Positions 1 through 13,450 of a stretch of 64,000 bases of DNA are shown piece after piece. The translations under genes were made by a program, and so were the position numbers. The notes below the pieces were generated by a model. The model was not told the DNA's origin. It made no database searches and saw only the letters and a program-made list of their open reading frames with translations. This DNA comes from Takakia lepidozioides. Its lineage: Eukaryota > Plantae > Bryophyta. The stretch lies in NCBI GenBank assembly GCA_030704615.1, contig CM060732.1, positions 4,278,001-4,342,000 on the forward strand, given 5' to 3'. Position 1 is the stretch's first letter, and every line of letters begins with the position of its first letter.

Positions 1-118
1 TTGAGGTGTGTCCATAGCTTCTTCCTCAAGATCTTCCAGTATTGGAGTACTCGGTTCTCCTTGGGTGTTCACCATGTGACATCCTACTGTTGTGGTATTT
101 TTGACCACTAATTGACCA

Positions 119-1017
119 ATGGGTTCTAACTGTGGATGTGCTGCATATACTGTGGCTTCTTCTTCATCCGACAGTCCACTGGACCAGTCATACTCTTCCA
201 CTATGCAAGGTCATTTCTCTCGTGGAATCGCACCTCGTTGCTTCGTGGTAATAGTGACTTATTCTAATCCCTTTTTGATCGTGAGAGTCTGGCTTCCCCA
301 ATCGTGGTGCGATTGGGCTTGTGTTAACCATGGTCGGCCAAGTAGTAGCGAATATCCTTATGCCACATCCTCCATTATGAGAATGGTTACTGATACTTCG
401 TATACCAGTCCTGCTACTTCCATCGCAAGGCGTCTGATGATACCCAACGGCTGTACTTTTCGTTGATTGACCATTCGTACTGTGAATGGAGCAGGTTCCA
501 TGTGCCCCAATCCTAGTGACTTCTTCATCCTTTCCGTCATGATATTCAGTCCTGATCCTCTATCGATGAGTACATCCGTTGCCAGCTTCCGTCCAATACG
601 TACTTGTATTACTGGTATCGCTTCGTCGTAGTCTGGAGCTCGTTGTATAATCGTGGGTTTAATCGTGTAAACCTCTGGTATTGGTTTTTGTTTTGGTGTA
701 GGGGTCAATGCCTCAATTGCCCAGAATAAAGCTTTCTTGCAGTATGGAGCAATTTTTAATAATTGTCCAATGGTAATTTGGGTCTTGGTCTGGCATATTA
801 CTTCAGCCAATGTTGTTTCCATGGTTTCATTTGTGGTCTTTATCATTGGTCTGATATGATTATCTGGAGTTGGATCTCCAGAATGTATATGGGTAGCATA
901 TAGCAGCCGTGGGAAGTTGGTTTGTGGGCAAGCTGGGTTGGCCTTCAATCTTGATGCCTTCGTACGAGAAGAAAGAGGAGTCGCTGATGAATTTGAAAAG
1001 TTGCGATCTCTCAACAT
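119..1017 (-). pseudogene. Ty3/Gypsy gag-protease remnant (aspartic protease region)
   Basis: ORF 358-1017 has TLAEVICQTKTQITIGQLL and DVLIDRGSGLNIMT, collinear with ORF 32239-33462 (TLAEVICQSKAEITIGQLL, DVLIDGGSGVNIMT); protease D-G-G motif degenerate. Confidence 0.85.
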
Positions 1018-1153
1018 ATGTCATGTCTCGAACACAGTCTTTGAACCGCTCCTGTGCATAAACACGCAAGGTCACGTTGTGTCATGTGAACGAAAAACGA
1101 ACAAAACAATGAAGTGCTTGCATATGCGATAGAGTGGTTGTAGGCTGCCTACC

Positions 1154-3780
1154 TCAAACCAGTGGAGGCACATCCACGAGGGTGCAAACGTCGCATCCAC
1201 AAGCCGCTTGCCGGTAAACACTCATGTTATCATTGCAGGCGCTATGTTTTGCAACTCTTGTAAGATGAGCTTCCGGTCCCATGCCAAGACGCCATTGTTG
1301 TTGATGACTCCTCTCATCGAGAAAGCCTTCTCGCACGGCTTCTCCTGCTGGTCGCACACTTGAGAACAGCGCCCGGAAGACCATGTTCCTGGCCAGTTTC
1401 ACGACCTCATCTGCAAATGTAGGCCCAACTGCAAGGGTTAACATTCCCGCTGTAGCTTCTGCACACGACGGATCCTCACAGATGGCCATCTTCGCTGCCT
1501 TTTGAGCTTGATCCCCCTTGGCAACCATGCATGCCTGCATTGCCGACCATTGTGTAGGAAAGAGTTTGGAGTAGTCCTCCATCCACATGTCAACCATGGG
1601 ATCCATTGCATTGCTAGGCAACTTGCCACATGCATGAGCTAGAGTGGACAATGACATCAAACCGACAACCTTGACTCCATATAGCGCCATCAAGAACAAC
1701 AAATGTCCGAAAAACTGGAAGGTGCCTCTCTTTACCTCCACAAACGCTCGTGGACACGGCTTCAACTTCAGCATGCTGCTGTCAGGCATACATACAAATA
1801 CCTCTCTACATAGCTGCATGCATCATTCAGTGTTTTAGTGGGCAATGAATGCACTGCTGAGTTAGAACCTAAGCCTTCAAAAGGATGTATGTACAAGCAT
1901 GCATTCAGATGACAAGTTTAGGAGACACGTACCCCCGGATCGTTGAAAAATTGCGTCCACGCCTCTGAGAGGGCTTGTTGTAGTGGACCTCCTAAATGCA
2001 CTGTTCCATCCTCCACAAGATTAAACTCATCTCCTCCCGGCATGTACTCAATTTGAAGTGAAGTAAGTGGCAATGAGGATGACTTGTCAGCCAGGAATTG
2101 TCGTTGCAGATCTCGCATTTCGCTCCCCTTCGAAACCTGTAACAAGCATATGAGACTCGTACTGAGAGCAGGATAGGCGAGCAGCTCACACATATGATTG
2201 TATCACATGCTAGATTATGGAGGATTGATTGACAACTTGGTCGCAATAATGAAGGTAATGAGCCTTAGACATTTGAAGTTTGGTTTTACCTTCAACGTAA
2301 GAGGTGGTAGTTGAGAAATGGTCTGTCGATACTTCCTCAGTACTGTACGGTGCGGAAATGACATATCTGAAGATTGGTCCAAGCTTCTTTATGACATCGG
2401 TACTTTGTCCAAAATGCAACCTCCTCAGCACCATGACCTTCGTGGAGTTGTGCGTCCCGCCACGCCGACAACCGATCTACCATCCCATGCAAGGTGTCTT
2501 CGGGGAAGACATCCTCAACCGGTGTTCCAGTGATCAAATCCATGACCGCTGGCAATGCCAACTCCGTCACTCGTGCTTCTTCTCCTAGTACGCCCTCGAT
2601 CTGATCCCACTGCTTCAAGTCAGGATGGGCTCGTGCTGCAAACGTTTGCAACACTTCTGCCTCTGAAAAAAGACTCATAGATGGATGCAACAGTATCCAT
2701 GGCAAAATCGATGGATCGCTCACACCCCAATTTTGCACCCTCCATTTCATAAGCAACTTGAACGCCTCCACCACTTCCTCATTCTCGATCTCGTGCATAC
2801 GTACCCAGGCCTCTTTAAATGCATACAAAAACCGAGCTCGGTTGCCGGTTGACACCATCTCATCCTGTACCAAAACCAAACCACATTTCAACATACAATG
2901 CACTCGCTTAACACGGTTTCTGCGCTACACAAAGACAAATGCTTCTATACTATTGTTGTGGTTCTATCAGACAAGAATATAATGCCTGGGTATACGTGTT
3001 GGGGTATACTTTGTTGTTGTCACGTTTTGCATGTATCCTACCAGAATTTCATAATTGGGGGGGGGGGTGGTGTTCAACATAACGTATCAAATCTGTTGTT
3101 GAAATGGTTGCATGTGATGCCAACGCGGCGTCCGCTTCCTCAAACTCCACTTAGTGCTTGTGCAACTCCCCGTCGTCGAATGAATTCCCTTCGTTGGAGA
3201 CTTCTTCAATGGGCATTGTCTCATGCATCCCAGATGATGAGGGTAGCAACTCCGTTGGTGTCCCCTCACTGGCTGCAGCTCCCATGTCTAAAGTCCAAGA
3301 GCATTGCATCGCCTCTGAAATATTGGTGCTACAAGGGTCACCGCGAGCATGCACCACCAGTTCCCATGGAGGTGTACTAAAGTCGTCCTCCCCTGCGGAC
3401 TCGGAGGATGTTATCCGTGGTTCAAAAAGAATGGCAAGCATCATCCTGAACCGAGCCGCGCACACCGAGCTGTACACAAGCTACGTGCCGTCATATACAA
3501 AGCTCACCAAGTTCCTTGTATGGTTTCAAAACAAGTAAATTGACTACTGTAAGCTGACTACTTCTCACCAATGTGATATAATTCAGGTAATGCCAATGAC
3601 TTACCCTGTTCCCTTTCGGCACCACGCAATAAAACAATCCACCAATGTCGGCAAGAGCCGGGATGTGAAACATTGCCGCTGCTTCCTCTGCAACTGCTCG
3701 TTTGCCATTTCCTTCTTCAAATTTCTTGCATTTGAGCCATACGAATGAGCCATACCCTGTTTCTGGGTTGATGTTCTCTA
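1154..3780 (-). pseudogene. Degenerate multi-exon coding sequence with a HECT N-lobe-like segment
   Basis: Exon-like ORFs 2337-2903, 1918-2193 and 1154-1819 with GT/AG borders. Spliced ...LGGPLQQALSEAWTQFFNDPG|LCREVFVCMPDSSMLKLKP...TFQFFGHLLFLMALYG resembles HECT GGxxREFF...FRFxGxxLGxAL. No C-lobe catalytic Cys seen. Confidence 0.35.
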
Positions 3781-3849
3781 TCTCGTGGTGGATAGTCATC
3801 TCGTGGCCTCTGATAACGATTACTCTTCCTCCTCCAAGGTATCCTTGGA

Positions 3850-4170
3850 ATCCTTGTTTCTGCTCTGGTGGAACCCAAGTTCCAATTTTTTTTGCAGTTG
3901 CTACTGCTTCAGCCAAAGTGTTGTTGGGTAAGACTGTAACCATAGTTACGTACTCAAGACGAAGTCCATTGACGAACCATGACTTCTGTAACTCATCCCC
4001 TGGTGCCTGGTTTAACTTCCTGAGCAGAGTTTTCATCCTCTCCAGGTAGTCAACTACCAATTCTTTCTTTTTCTGTCTCAGATTTTGTAATCCTGTAAAG
4101 ATTTCAAATGTGGATTTATTGGAACGATATCGTAGACGAAGTCCATTGACGAACCATGACTTCTGTAAAG
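3850..4170 (-). pseudogene. Retrotransposon gag fragment
   Basis: YLERMKTLLRKLNQAPGDELQKSWFVNGLRLEY resembles the Retrotrans_gag Y..RF..L...F..GL motif; a ~33-bp segment is duplicated at ~3958 and ~4135. Confidence 0.7.
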
Positions 4171-4808
4171 AAAATTATAGTGGTCTCTACCCTTTCTCCA
4201 AGATTACACCATCATGCCAGAATCCGTATTACGATTTAATTTTCCTTTACTGATTGATCACCAATCTTTTAATGGGCACAATAATACCATTGTCCTTTTC
4301 AGTGTATCTGACTTGTAATAAGTCTTTGGGTATCCAGTACTCTACTACTTCTATGATCATATGACAATATTCATAATTTGAACATCCTTCCCTGAAGATG
4401 TAACTAGTGTAGCAAATTTTTCTGATTGGTAGTAGAGTAATCAATAAAGCTAGATGAGGGACTAGTGGCTGCCCTAGTGGTTGGACTAGTGGCAACCTAG
4501 TGATGGACTAGTGGTTGCACTAGTGGTGGCTAGTGGCAGCCTAGTGATGAACTAGTGGCTGCACTAGTGGCAGCCTAGTGATGGACTAGTGGCTGCACTA
4601 GTGGTGGCTAGTGGCAACCTAGTGGTTGGACTAGTGGCTGCACTAGTGGTGGCTAGTGGCAGCCTAGTGGTTGGACTAGTGGCTGCACTAGTGGTTGTCT
4701 AGTGGTGCACTAGTGGTGGACTAGTGATAGACTAGTGTTTGGTGTGCACATATGTTGTGTGGTTTTGGACAGCGATGTAGTTGTGTAGCGATATGTATGC
4801 GCACGACA
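4170..4808 (-). mobile_element. Probable LTR of the adjacent gag fragment
   Basis: Minus strand starts TGTCGTGCGC at 4808, exactly where the MULE remnant is cut; the terminal 34 bp recur identically at 63199-63232; lies upstream of gag. Confidence 0.5.
4460..4737. repeat. Minisatellite of CTAGTG(G/A)-based units of ~10-12 bp
   Basis: More than 20 repeats such as ctagtggctgca, ctagtggttgga and ctagtggtgg. Confidence 0.9.
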
Positions 4809-5585
4809 GAGTAGTACCACCATGCCCTTATAGTTTGGTATAAGGAGTTTGCTTCGACCTTGCTTGTCGCATCTTTATACAACCGACAGAGTCTCATGTG
4901 TTCATCCTGCAACTCTGGTTTTATCCAATTCTTGGTGTGCCTTCGGAGGGATTGAGTCCAATGGAACAGGCAAGTGCGCTCTCTGCCCACCATGGGTATT
5001 TTTGGATCACCACTTCCAAAAACACACCGGACTGCATTCCAATTTGCCTGCGCGCTATCGGCCATAAATCCATGCAAATTTGGATTTGAGACACCATGAT
5101 TCGTCATGACTCTCACAAGGGACTTCCACATCAGGATTTGAGACTCAGTGTCTTCGGATTGCATGTCACACACTGCAATGTCATAACTCTTTGGTAAGAT
5201 GGATCGTACACATGGGCAGCCATGGTTGTCCAGCCCTTCACATGTTTCACATGATCAAACATGAGCCAAGATTTCTGGAGATCGCCACCGGGCTGCATTC
5301 TGCGGACCAAGCTAACTCCACTTCCCTCCGCAACTGTGGACATCTTGAATAAGAACACTTTCAACGAGCCCTGACCAGAAAGACATTATCTTGAATGAAG
5401 TCATACATGCTTCTCCGCTTCAATTCCAGGAGGCTATCCACATAACCTGTGCTCCCTATCCCCATTATGAGTGCGTTGATCTGGTTGCGTACATTGGGTG
5501 AACTAAGGGTCGAGAAATAGTCCATAACGACGTCCAATTTTTCGCTGTCAAGTTTCTGTTCAATGGGCAACGGATGGTTGCCCAT
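4809..5585 (-). pseudogene. Mutator-like (MULE) transposase remnant, distant relative of 26296-29889
   Basis: Frameshifted FLFKMST..GSGVSLV..WLMFDHVK..FMADSAQANWNAV..CLFHWTQSL aligns with FIFKMST..WVMFDHIK..FMADNAQANWAAI..CGFHFLQSL. Confidence 0.88.
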
Positions 5586-6299
5586 CCAAATGATTTTCGT
5601 TCGCTTTGAGACTTGGCCAGTGTGTTCAGTGTACCCTCTGATACGTCCCAGTGTAATATGAGATCAATCGAAATTCGTTCAATTGTCCAATGAGGCGTTC
5701 ACTTGTCATCTAGTTTTTGTTCAATGCGAAAAAAAGAAATCCTGCAATGCGTGCACGACTATTGCACCCATTGAACGGATATGGTTGAAGCCCCTCTTTT
5801 GCCCCCATGTGCTGGAACACGTGTGGAGACACATTAGACGAATAAATCATTTGCCTCCCCATAGACGCGCTCACCCCTCGAGCCATTCCACAATTTCATT
5901 GAATTTAAATTCATTTTTAAGCCAATAAATGGGTTTGCACTGCCTTTCATTGGGGGTTTCTGGCACGTATCGATTTTGTTTTTGGCGATGTAGAGAGAAT
6001 TGGGAGAGAGGTCATGGGTGCAGGAAGTGGAGAAATACGGCGATAATGGGCTGTTACGAGTGAGGCTAAAGTACCCTGAGAGACAGCCCGGAGATATGAG
6101 AGGGGGGCAGAGGGGGGAGAAGAGAGCAGAGGCGATAGATGTGAAGCCCAAGAGAGCCAGCCGCAAGTGCGAGACTGATGGAGGAGGCCAGTATTTGTGG
6201 CGTTTGGGGTCTGAAGGCAAGTTGGCGGATTTGCTGGCTTGGAGTAAAGCGTTGGCGGCTTGGGGTTGTCATGAGCGATCAATTCAGGGATGGGGGGGG

Positions 6300-9200
6300 G
6301 GAAGCCCGGGGATTAATTTTGGCTGCAAATTTACCTAGGGGCTGGCAAAAGGCATGGTGACCAAGTATGGGGATAGTGTAAGGCATGGTTGTCATACTGG
6401 CAGCAGTGGAGGCGATGGTCTGGTGAGAGGGCTGGCCGTGGGAATCATAAATATGGCAGCATGCTGTCCAGTGAGAAGCAGCGTGAAGGGGGGCAGGGGC
6501 AGATTTTGTCTGGGCCAAGTTATACCAAGTGGGGGTGCAGCTAATTGTGGGGAGCCTGATGCAGCCAGAGCATTGAGGAAGGGTGTTTATATGACCATTC
6601 ATGATGCGTGTTTGTGGACTTGTGTGGGTGGGGCAGTAGTAGTGATGGGAAGTGATGGTAAATCTGTAGAAGATTAGGGCTGAGTGAAGAGGGGATGGTG
6701 TGTTGTCAAGAAGATTATGCAGGATCCAGTCTGAGAGTAAGGGTGGTGGGTGATGAGTTAGCAGATGGCAGCGGGGAATTTGTGAAGGGTATGTATAGTG
6801 TGAGTGTGGATTGTGGGTAATTGTGAAGATGTATATTGGATTGTATGGTTTAACGGAGCTGGACGAGTGGTAGGGGGAGAAGTCCAGATTGTGTTGCGTG
6901 CACCTTGTGGGGATTGTTTATAGTAAGGGTGGTAAGTTAGTGTGGTTAGTACAATAGAGGGTTGGTATTGCCCTGGGTGTGAGTATGGAGGTTTGGGGAT
7001 TGGGTGTTTGTTAATGTATGAAGGATAGGTGGGGGGTGGGTAGGGGTAAGTGTAGGTATTTGTGTGGAGTGGTATGAGGGAGTGGGCTGGGGACATGGGG
7101 AACCAGGTCCGTGGGATATGTGGGCATAAAGGTGCATATCGAGTAAACATAGTGATAATGCGCCGGGGGTATGATGATGCTAAGATCTGGTTGTGCGTGG
7201 ATTTTGGAGTATTGGTGGGCAGATGTGGGGTAACATATACTTGTGGCAGTTGGAGAAATAGGGGGAGGTGAAGGGATGGAACGGCAGGTATAGTGTCTGG
7301 ACCATTCAAAGTATGGGGAAACCCAGTCAAGTATAGTGGTGTGGTGGGCGCCAGCCTGACCAATAGTCTGATTGGCATAACAAGCAAGCTGTAGAGTAGT
7401 GGGGGCCTCACAAAGTACTGAGTGTGGCATGTACCCCACTGACTTCTGACTAGTATTGGTGATGTAGATGGATGTAGAGACACCATGAAGAGCGGGAAGA
7501 CAAGTATACAGACGCCAATTGTAGCTTATCAGACTCGTAGCAAAGCTGGTGGGCAGCAGGGGTGATTTCCATTGTATGTTGAGAGACACAAGAAAGGTAA
7601 AGTGGTAGTTGCTTGTGATGACAAGTGCCCAGTATGGTGAGGGCAGCCTGTCGGTGCAGGGCAAGGTCGTAGGAGACGTCTTGGCGGAGGGGGACCAGCC
7701 CCATGTCTGACTGTGAGCTCGGAGGGCAGTGGCCACGCTTATACGGATGGGTGTTGTCGGGTCTTGGAGGGGAGAACCACTATTAAGGGCCACCCTAGTT
7801 GTCAACCTGCCACTGTGTACTTTACGAGTAAAAAAGACTGTGTGAGTGTGGGTGAGTATGGATTGGATATACCAAAAGTAGTGGGGCAGTAGAGAAGATG
7901 GATTAGCGGGTAGCAGGGGTGGTAGTGGACAAGCAGAGATCTGGCAAGCTCTTACTCTAGTGGGTAGTAGCACGGGTGGGGGGGGGGGGAGATGAGATTG
8001 GTGAGGAGTAATAGATCGGGGGGCAACAAATAGTGGCAAGCAACAGTGCTAAGGGGGAGGGTACTGAGAAGTATAATGATCAAGAGGGGTTGTGAGGACA
8101 TAACTGGGGGAGGCATTCAGCAAAGGGTGAGATTTGGGTGTGGTAATCTTCAGCACAAGGGGTGTGGCACAGTCAGGCTGGGAATAAATCTGATAGAGGG
8201 CCCGGTGAATAATGAACCGAGTGTTGTACAACAAAGAAGTATTGGGGGTTGAAATTGGGGTGTATGCATATTGGTATAGAGTATTGGTGTGTAGTGAACA
8301 TGGGTGGACCAAAGGGGGTAGAGTACCTGTGTGGAGCTGGTGAAGCATTGGGTACCTGCGGAGTATAGAAGAGCCAGAGAAGGATGTTGGGTACAGAACG
8401 TGCTGAATTGAGTGTTGCGATAAGAAGGTAGGAGGGGGGGGGGGGGGGGAGGGAGAGGTCTGTTGTGCACTTGAGATCACAAAGAGCAGCAGGGGTTGAG
8501 TGTGGGCCTAATAGCAGTGCGTTTGAGCTGGCAGAGACATGGGTGTTGTGGCGTTGAAACCAAGCAGGAGTTGGGAGGCCGGAGAAGACATCTGAGTGGT
8601 GTGGGGCCAATGCGTCGGGTACTGCTGAATCTGCTGAGCCTACCCTAGCAGGCAAATAGTTAGTGTGTGGAGGAAGGGATACGAATGTGTAGTATTGGGG
8701 AAAACACCTTTATATCAATTAAAAGAAATAAAGTGAATTGAGTATGGAGTGCCAGCATGGGCGTAATGAGGGGGGTAGGGAGGTAGCTCCACCTGTTGTT
8801 ACTCTGATTCCAATACGTATTGATCCTGTCTAGAGTACGTTGGGTGGTTTGTGGGGTAGAAACATATTATCTTGGGATGAGGGATCTTGTAGCGAGGAGA
8901 GATGGGTATACTTGGAGTTAGATACCGATGACATAGATGGGGATCAGTCCAGGGGGCAGGTGGACCATGCAGAACTGGGCCGGCTATGGATTATGGTTTA
9001 GGAGGAGTTGAACACAAACATCCATAACCGTGGCGCCTGCGGTAGAGATAGGGGCGTTAAGGGTAATGCGGCTGTGGCAATAGTGGAGCTAAGCCTGCTA
9101 GAAGCAGAGATCGTGAGAGAGTACCAGAAGGTTAAGGCACTTACCTTGAGCGAGTTCGAGCCATTTCGTCCAAGGCCAGCAGCACTGGCTGTTGTAGCAT

Positions 9201-10380
9201 AACCATGCTCTGGCAGGACCCCATAAAAGAAGGAGACAGTATGGGGCAGTGCAAAATAAAAATTATAACACGGGTGGTGGGAAGATTCAAGGTAGAGATA
9301 CTTACAATAGTGGGGGCAGAGTGATGAGCAGTGAGCAGCAAGGGAGAAAAGCGGATCGTGTCCACCTGGGGTTGCTTACAGGGGAGCCCATTTGAGGTGA
9401 CGAGTTTGCGCCTTGACGAGGAAGTCCGCTTGTGCACTACAAACCTTGGAAAGGGCCCTGTTGCCCTGAGAGAGATATGGGTACTGGTAGAAAGGAGGGT
9501 ACCTATTCCATGTGGTACATGCGGGGTTGTACATAGGTCGAGGAGGTTAGGAACACTCCGTGTAGAGCCATAATGTGGAAGATGGTGTTGATGTAACTGA
9601 ATGAGAGCCTGGCGCCCCGAGGGGAAGAGATGCACCATGCACCACTGTCCCAGACCATCTCGGAGGAGTCCACACTTGGGTGAAGCCGCATCTTTGAACG
9701 CTCGCTTCTGTTAGAGAGATGGTGATATCTAGCCAGTGGAGTCGTAGAAAGAAATAACTGGGCCAATGTCGATAGGTTCGGACAGCAGAGTGATTCCACC
9801 TTGCATGAGAGAGCACCAGCTTCATACGTGAATCGCTCACGCCACCGTGAACTTGTGCACCGTTGCAGCTAATCCAGTTAGGTGATGAGGTACAGGTGCA
9901 GAGAAACGTGTAACTTGTGTACATAATCTTAGAGCTATGGCACACGTAGAGCAAGGCTGGCGTCGTTGCAAACAACGTGTAGTGGTGGGGCGGTAGTTGG
10001 TCAGGCCCGCCTGCGTACTCCGTTAAATGGACGCTGATGGAAAAAAGCTCAATCATGGTTTCCGGGGCCCGACGCAGACGATAATCCTGCGAGAAGTAGT
10101 TTAAACTCTGCGTACTAGAGTGGTGAGAAGAGTGGGGGTGTGATAAGACCGAGATGCAGTGGGACAAGGTAGAAGATGAGGGGGGGAAGAGACAAGCTGG
10201 GGAGTTATGGCGGCTGACCTCGCCAACATTGTTAGTCGTAGCTAGGATAGCAGACCCGCTAGCGAGAGCGTGTGAGATAGTGGAAATAAAAAAAAAGTTT
10301 AGCAGGAGCGCTAAGTTGGCGGATAACAGAGAGGTTAGCCGGGAGGCGTGGAGGAGGGCGGCGCTCCGCCCTCCCACCAT
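6300..10380 (-). mobile_element. Heavily decayed LINE-like (non-LTR) retrotransposon
   Basis: Strong C-rich minus-strand skew over 4 kb; residual RT-like SNGLP...FSPLLL (~9400) and RNase H-like TVFFT..K (~7830). All frames broken. Confidence 0.35.
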
Positions 10381-10569
10381 AGATGATTACTTCTCTCGTG
10401 AAGATGGAGAGGATGTGAAGATCATTTTAAAAGTCTGAACATCTACATTGGAGTAAAATTATGCACAACATTCAATTACACCCATATCATTGGACGATAT
10501 GTTCCACATTATTCAGCTCATCAGAAAAACCCCTTTGTATCTGCATTCCAAGAAAAACAAATGCAACTA

Positions 10570-13450
10570 CCTAACATTCGGACTATCAGGGTCCTCACCA
10601 TACTCCAACGCTATGTCCTGCAACACCCCCGAAACTACTGTTGCGGGAGAGGGACCCGAGAGCAAGTCAAGGCCAAGTCTTAAACAGATCTTTGGGCTAG
10701 GAGTCCTCTCCTCACCAATGCCCTCGTCAACACACTCTTCTTGGAGCCTTCCTCGGTGGTTGGATCCTCGCTTTCAGAGCCCTCTTCTGCAAAATTGTCA
10801 AAATAGTTCCGTACCGTTGCAAATTGTGCAACAGCCCTCACTTGTGCTGGCCATTGTGCCTGTTGAGACATTCCTGTCCACGGTTGCTCCGCCTGAGCCA
10901 GGGTTGTTGCCGCTGCAGAAGAAGACAGGTCGTACCTTTTTTTCCGGAGTCGTTAGCGCAACAACTTGTTCTTGCACTTTGAACCTCTTCTCCCTACCAA
11001 CGTCCTCCCTCCCTAAATCCGTGGAAGACCCTGGAATCCCCATGATGGCCTTAGCGAGACGCTTCGCAATCTGCAATGGCGGCTCGTAACTGCAATTACG
11101 ACAGAACATATTAGATCATATTTGGCAAGAAGGATGATTTGGGGAAATGGGAACATGCAGAACATGCTAACAATGAATACACATAGAAGTTGGACTTACT
11201 CACTCCAGCGATTGTACGTGAATCTGAATGCCATCCCTGTCGTCGTTAAACCAGTTAGTGTTGGCAGCTGTGTTAGTAACAACGCTGGCCGTAGGTGCCG
11301 AGGGCTGCAAATCCATGAACAGTGAGTAGTGAGCAGTAAGCAGGTTTTGCCGATCGTCACCGAACCGCCCGGACATGTTTGCCGACCACTTCTAGGTTCG
11401 GAATAGATTCGGGATAGATTAAGTTTATAGAATATTTCCATTTTGGATTCCAAATGAGATTTTTACTAAATTTATATTGCATATAACCCCTCAAAAATTT
11501 AAGGTTCGGCACCGAACACCATTTCATACACTAAAAAAAAATTAAGGAAAAAAAAGATACTATTTTTAGAAAACATAGGTGCCGGCACTGTTCGGCGCCG
11601 AACAGTGCCATAGGTTCGAAAATAGTCCAAACTGATTCAGCATAGGCTCGGCACAGGTTCAGAAGAATATTCCTTGACAAAATATTCCTCCACATAGGCT
11701 CGGCACTGGTTCAGAAGAATATTCTTTGAATATTTGATATATTTCATAAATATTTCCTTAAGTTCGGCAAAACCTGCTCTATGCTCATGGAGTTTTGCTC
11801 ATGGAAAACTCAACCTCCAGGAGTTGCCATGGCATCCCTTAAAGCGCTAATGGAGGGGCTACCGGCACCTTCCTTGCCCTATGCACATTAGCATTTGACA
11901 ACACCCAACAACTTGCGAAATTGCACATGAACGTATACAGTAAACAGTCTAGATCAAAATGAAGCATTCCATAATTGCTGAACTCACCAATCTTGCCAGC
12001 ACGAGACACGTGCTTCACTTGCGCACGGGACCAAGTGCGATCTACAGCCTCTGATTTTCCTTTCTTGGATTGCCAGTAGTCAACTAGAGCGATCCACGCC
12101 TTCTCCGGACAGTCCCCAGGTCAAGGTCAACAATCCAATCCTCCTTCCAGCGATGGCGCTCAGTCTTCATGAAGTCACGGATGTAGTTGTAGACAGCCGC
12201 CCCCTTCAGGGGGAATGGTTCATACTTGAACTCAAGGTCCATCTCCGCCAAAATATGATCCATCTTCATGCTAGGTTGCTTATTAACCTCCCTTATCCCA
12301 AAATCCAGAAACCGTATTGCATGTCCCTTAATTTTGTTTTGCCATCTTGTTTTGTCTTTCACAATGTCCCCCGCTTCATTTGTCGTCAAAGTGAATACAG
12401 GGTGGCCTTCATCGACATTTGCCTTCCACTTTTCTATCAACTCTTTTTCGTCTTTTCTTGCCTCGCGGCGAAGCTCATTCCTTCTAGCCTTACAGTAGCC
12501 TCTGAGCGCTCTGGCATTTCCTCCGGTACTGCCTCAGTTATAACACCACCTGCAGGTCCAGCGGTACTAGCCCATCCTCCCGAAGGCCCCCAATTGGGAG
12601 TTTGTCCTAGCCATTGCTGTTGGTAGGGATACTGCTGGTATGGAAATTGTGGGAAGAAGTTTGTCATGGGAGGGGGCTGCTGTTGAAAAGTAGGTGGGTT
12701 CTGAGCATTCTGGGGGTAATATGATCGAGCAGGGTAATTAGGTGATGGGGGTGGTTGGAAGGATGAAGAACCAGGATAAGGTTGCGTAGGATTGGGTACC
12801 CAAATGCTTCCCCCAGATGACAAAGGAGTGGTAGGGTTGCTGTGTCTGCCCCCTGGGTGCCTAGGTGGGAGTTGTGGAGTGGGGTTCAGTACAGGGGCAA
12901 CAGTAGGAAGGGAAACTAAGGCCCCTTTTTCCTTATGGCGCTTGCACGGTCCTGCAACAATTTAGATTCAATAGGATGGAGAAGCAGCCAACAACACCAT
13001 GAACATAACATCCCTAATGGATACAACTATCAAATGCATCAATGGAGGCCCAAAACTCCACTCGACAACCTAAAGTAGCGACAGAACTAAAAATGACAGA
13101 TATGCGCATTTTGGAGGTTCAAAGGCTAACCCAGAACTCCATAGCGTCTTGAGTTGTGAAAGAACCAAATTTGATAGGATTGTGCCTATCTCCAGCTCGA
13201 AATGCGACTCTTCCTCTCTTCATTTCAGGGTTTGGGGTGGCAGCAGCTACAACAATAGGTCGTTTTGCGAGCACTCCAGCATTGGCTTCTTCACTCCTTG
13301 CAATGCCTCAGCCTCCTCCTCCTCCTCTCCTGGCTTGAAATATTTGTCTGGCTCACTGTCCGAACTCCTGTCGGATGCAGAGGAGTCCACATATGCCGCT
13401 TTGCTAGCCATCGACCGCAAACGGGAGCTCCTTCGCGTAGAGGAATGATG
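10570..13450 (-). pseudogene. CACTA (En/Spm) TnpA/ORF2-like multi-exon remnant
   Basis: FMKTERHRWK...CPEKAWIALVDYWQSKKGKSEA matches the Transposase_24-type W..LVDYW.S..K motif; PQ-rich N-terminal region; adjacent to TnpD remnants. Confidence 0.6.
11300..11819. mobile_element. ~520-bp non-coding Mutator-type MITE related to the ParB-MTase element
   Basis: Left end GAGGGCTGCAAATCCATGAAC is 16/21 to the terminus at 38529; right end ...CTCATGGAAAACTCAACCTCC resembles the terminus at 30590; imperfect 9-bp TSD GTAGGTGCC/GGAGTTGCC; internal 15-bp IR 11339-11353/11764-11778; 26-bp palindrome 11584-11609. Confidence 0.75.
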
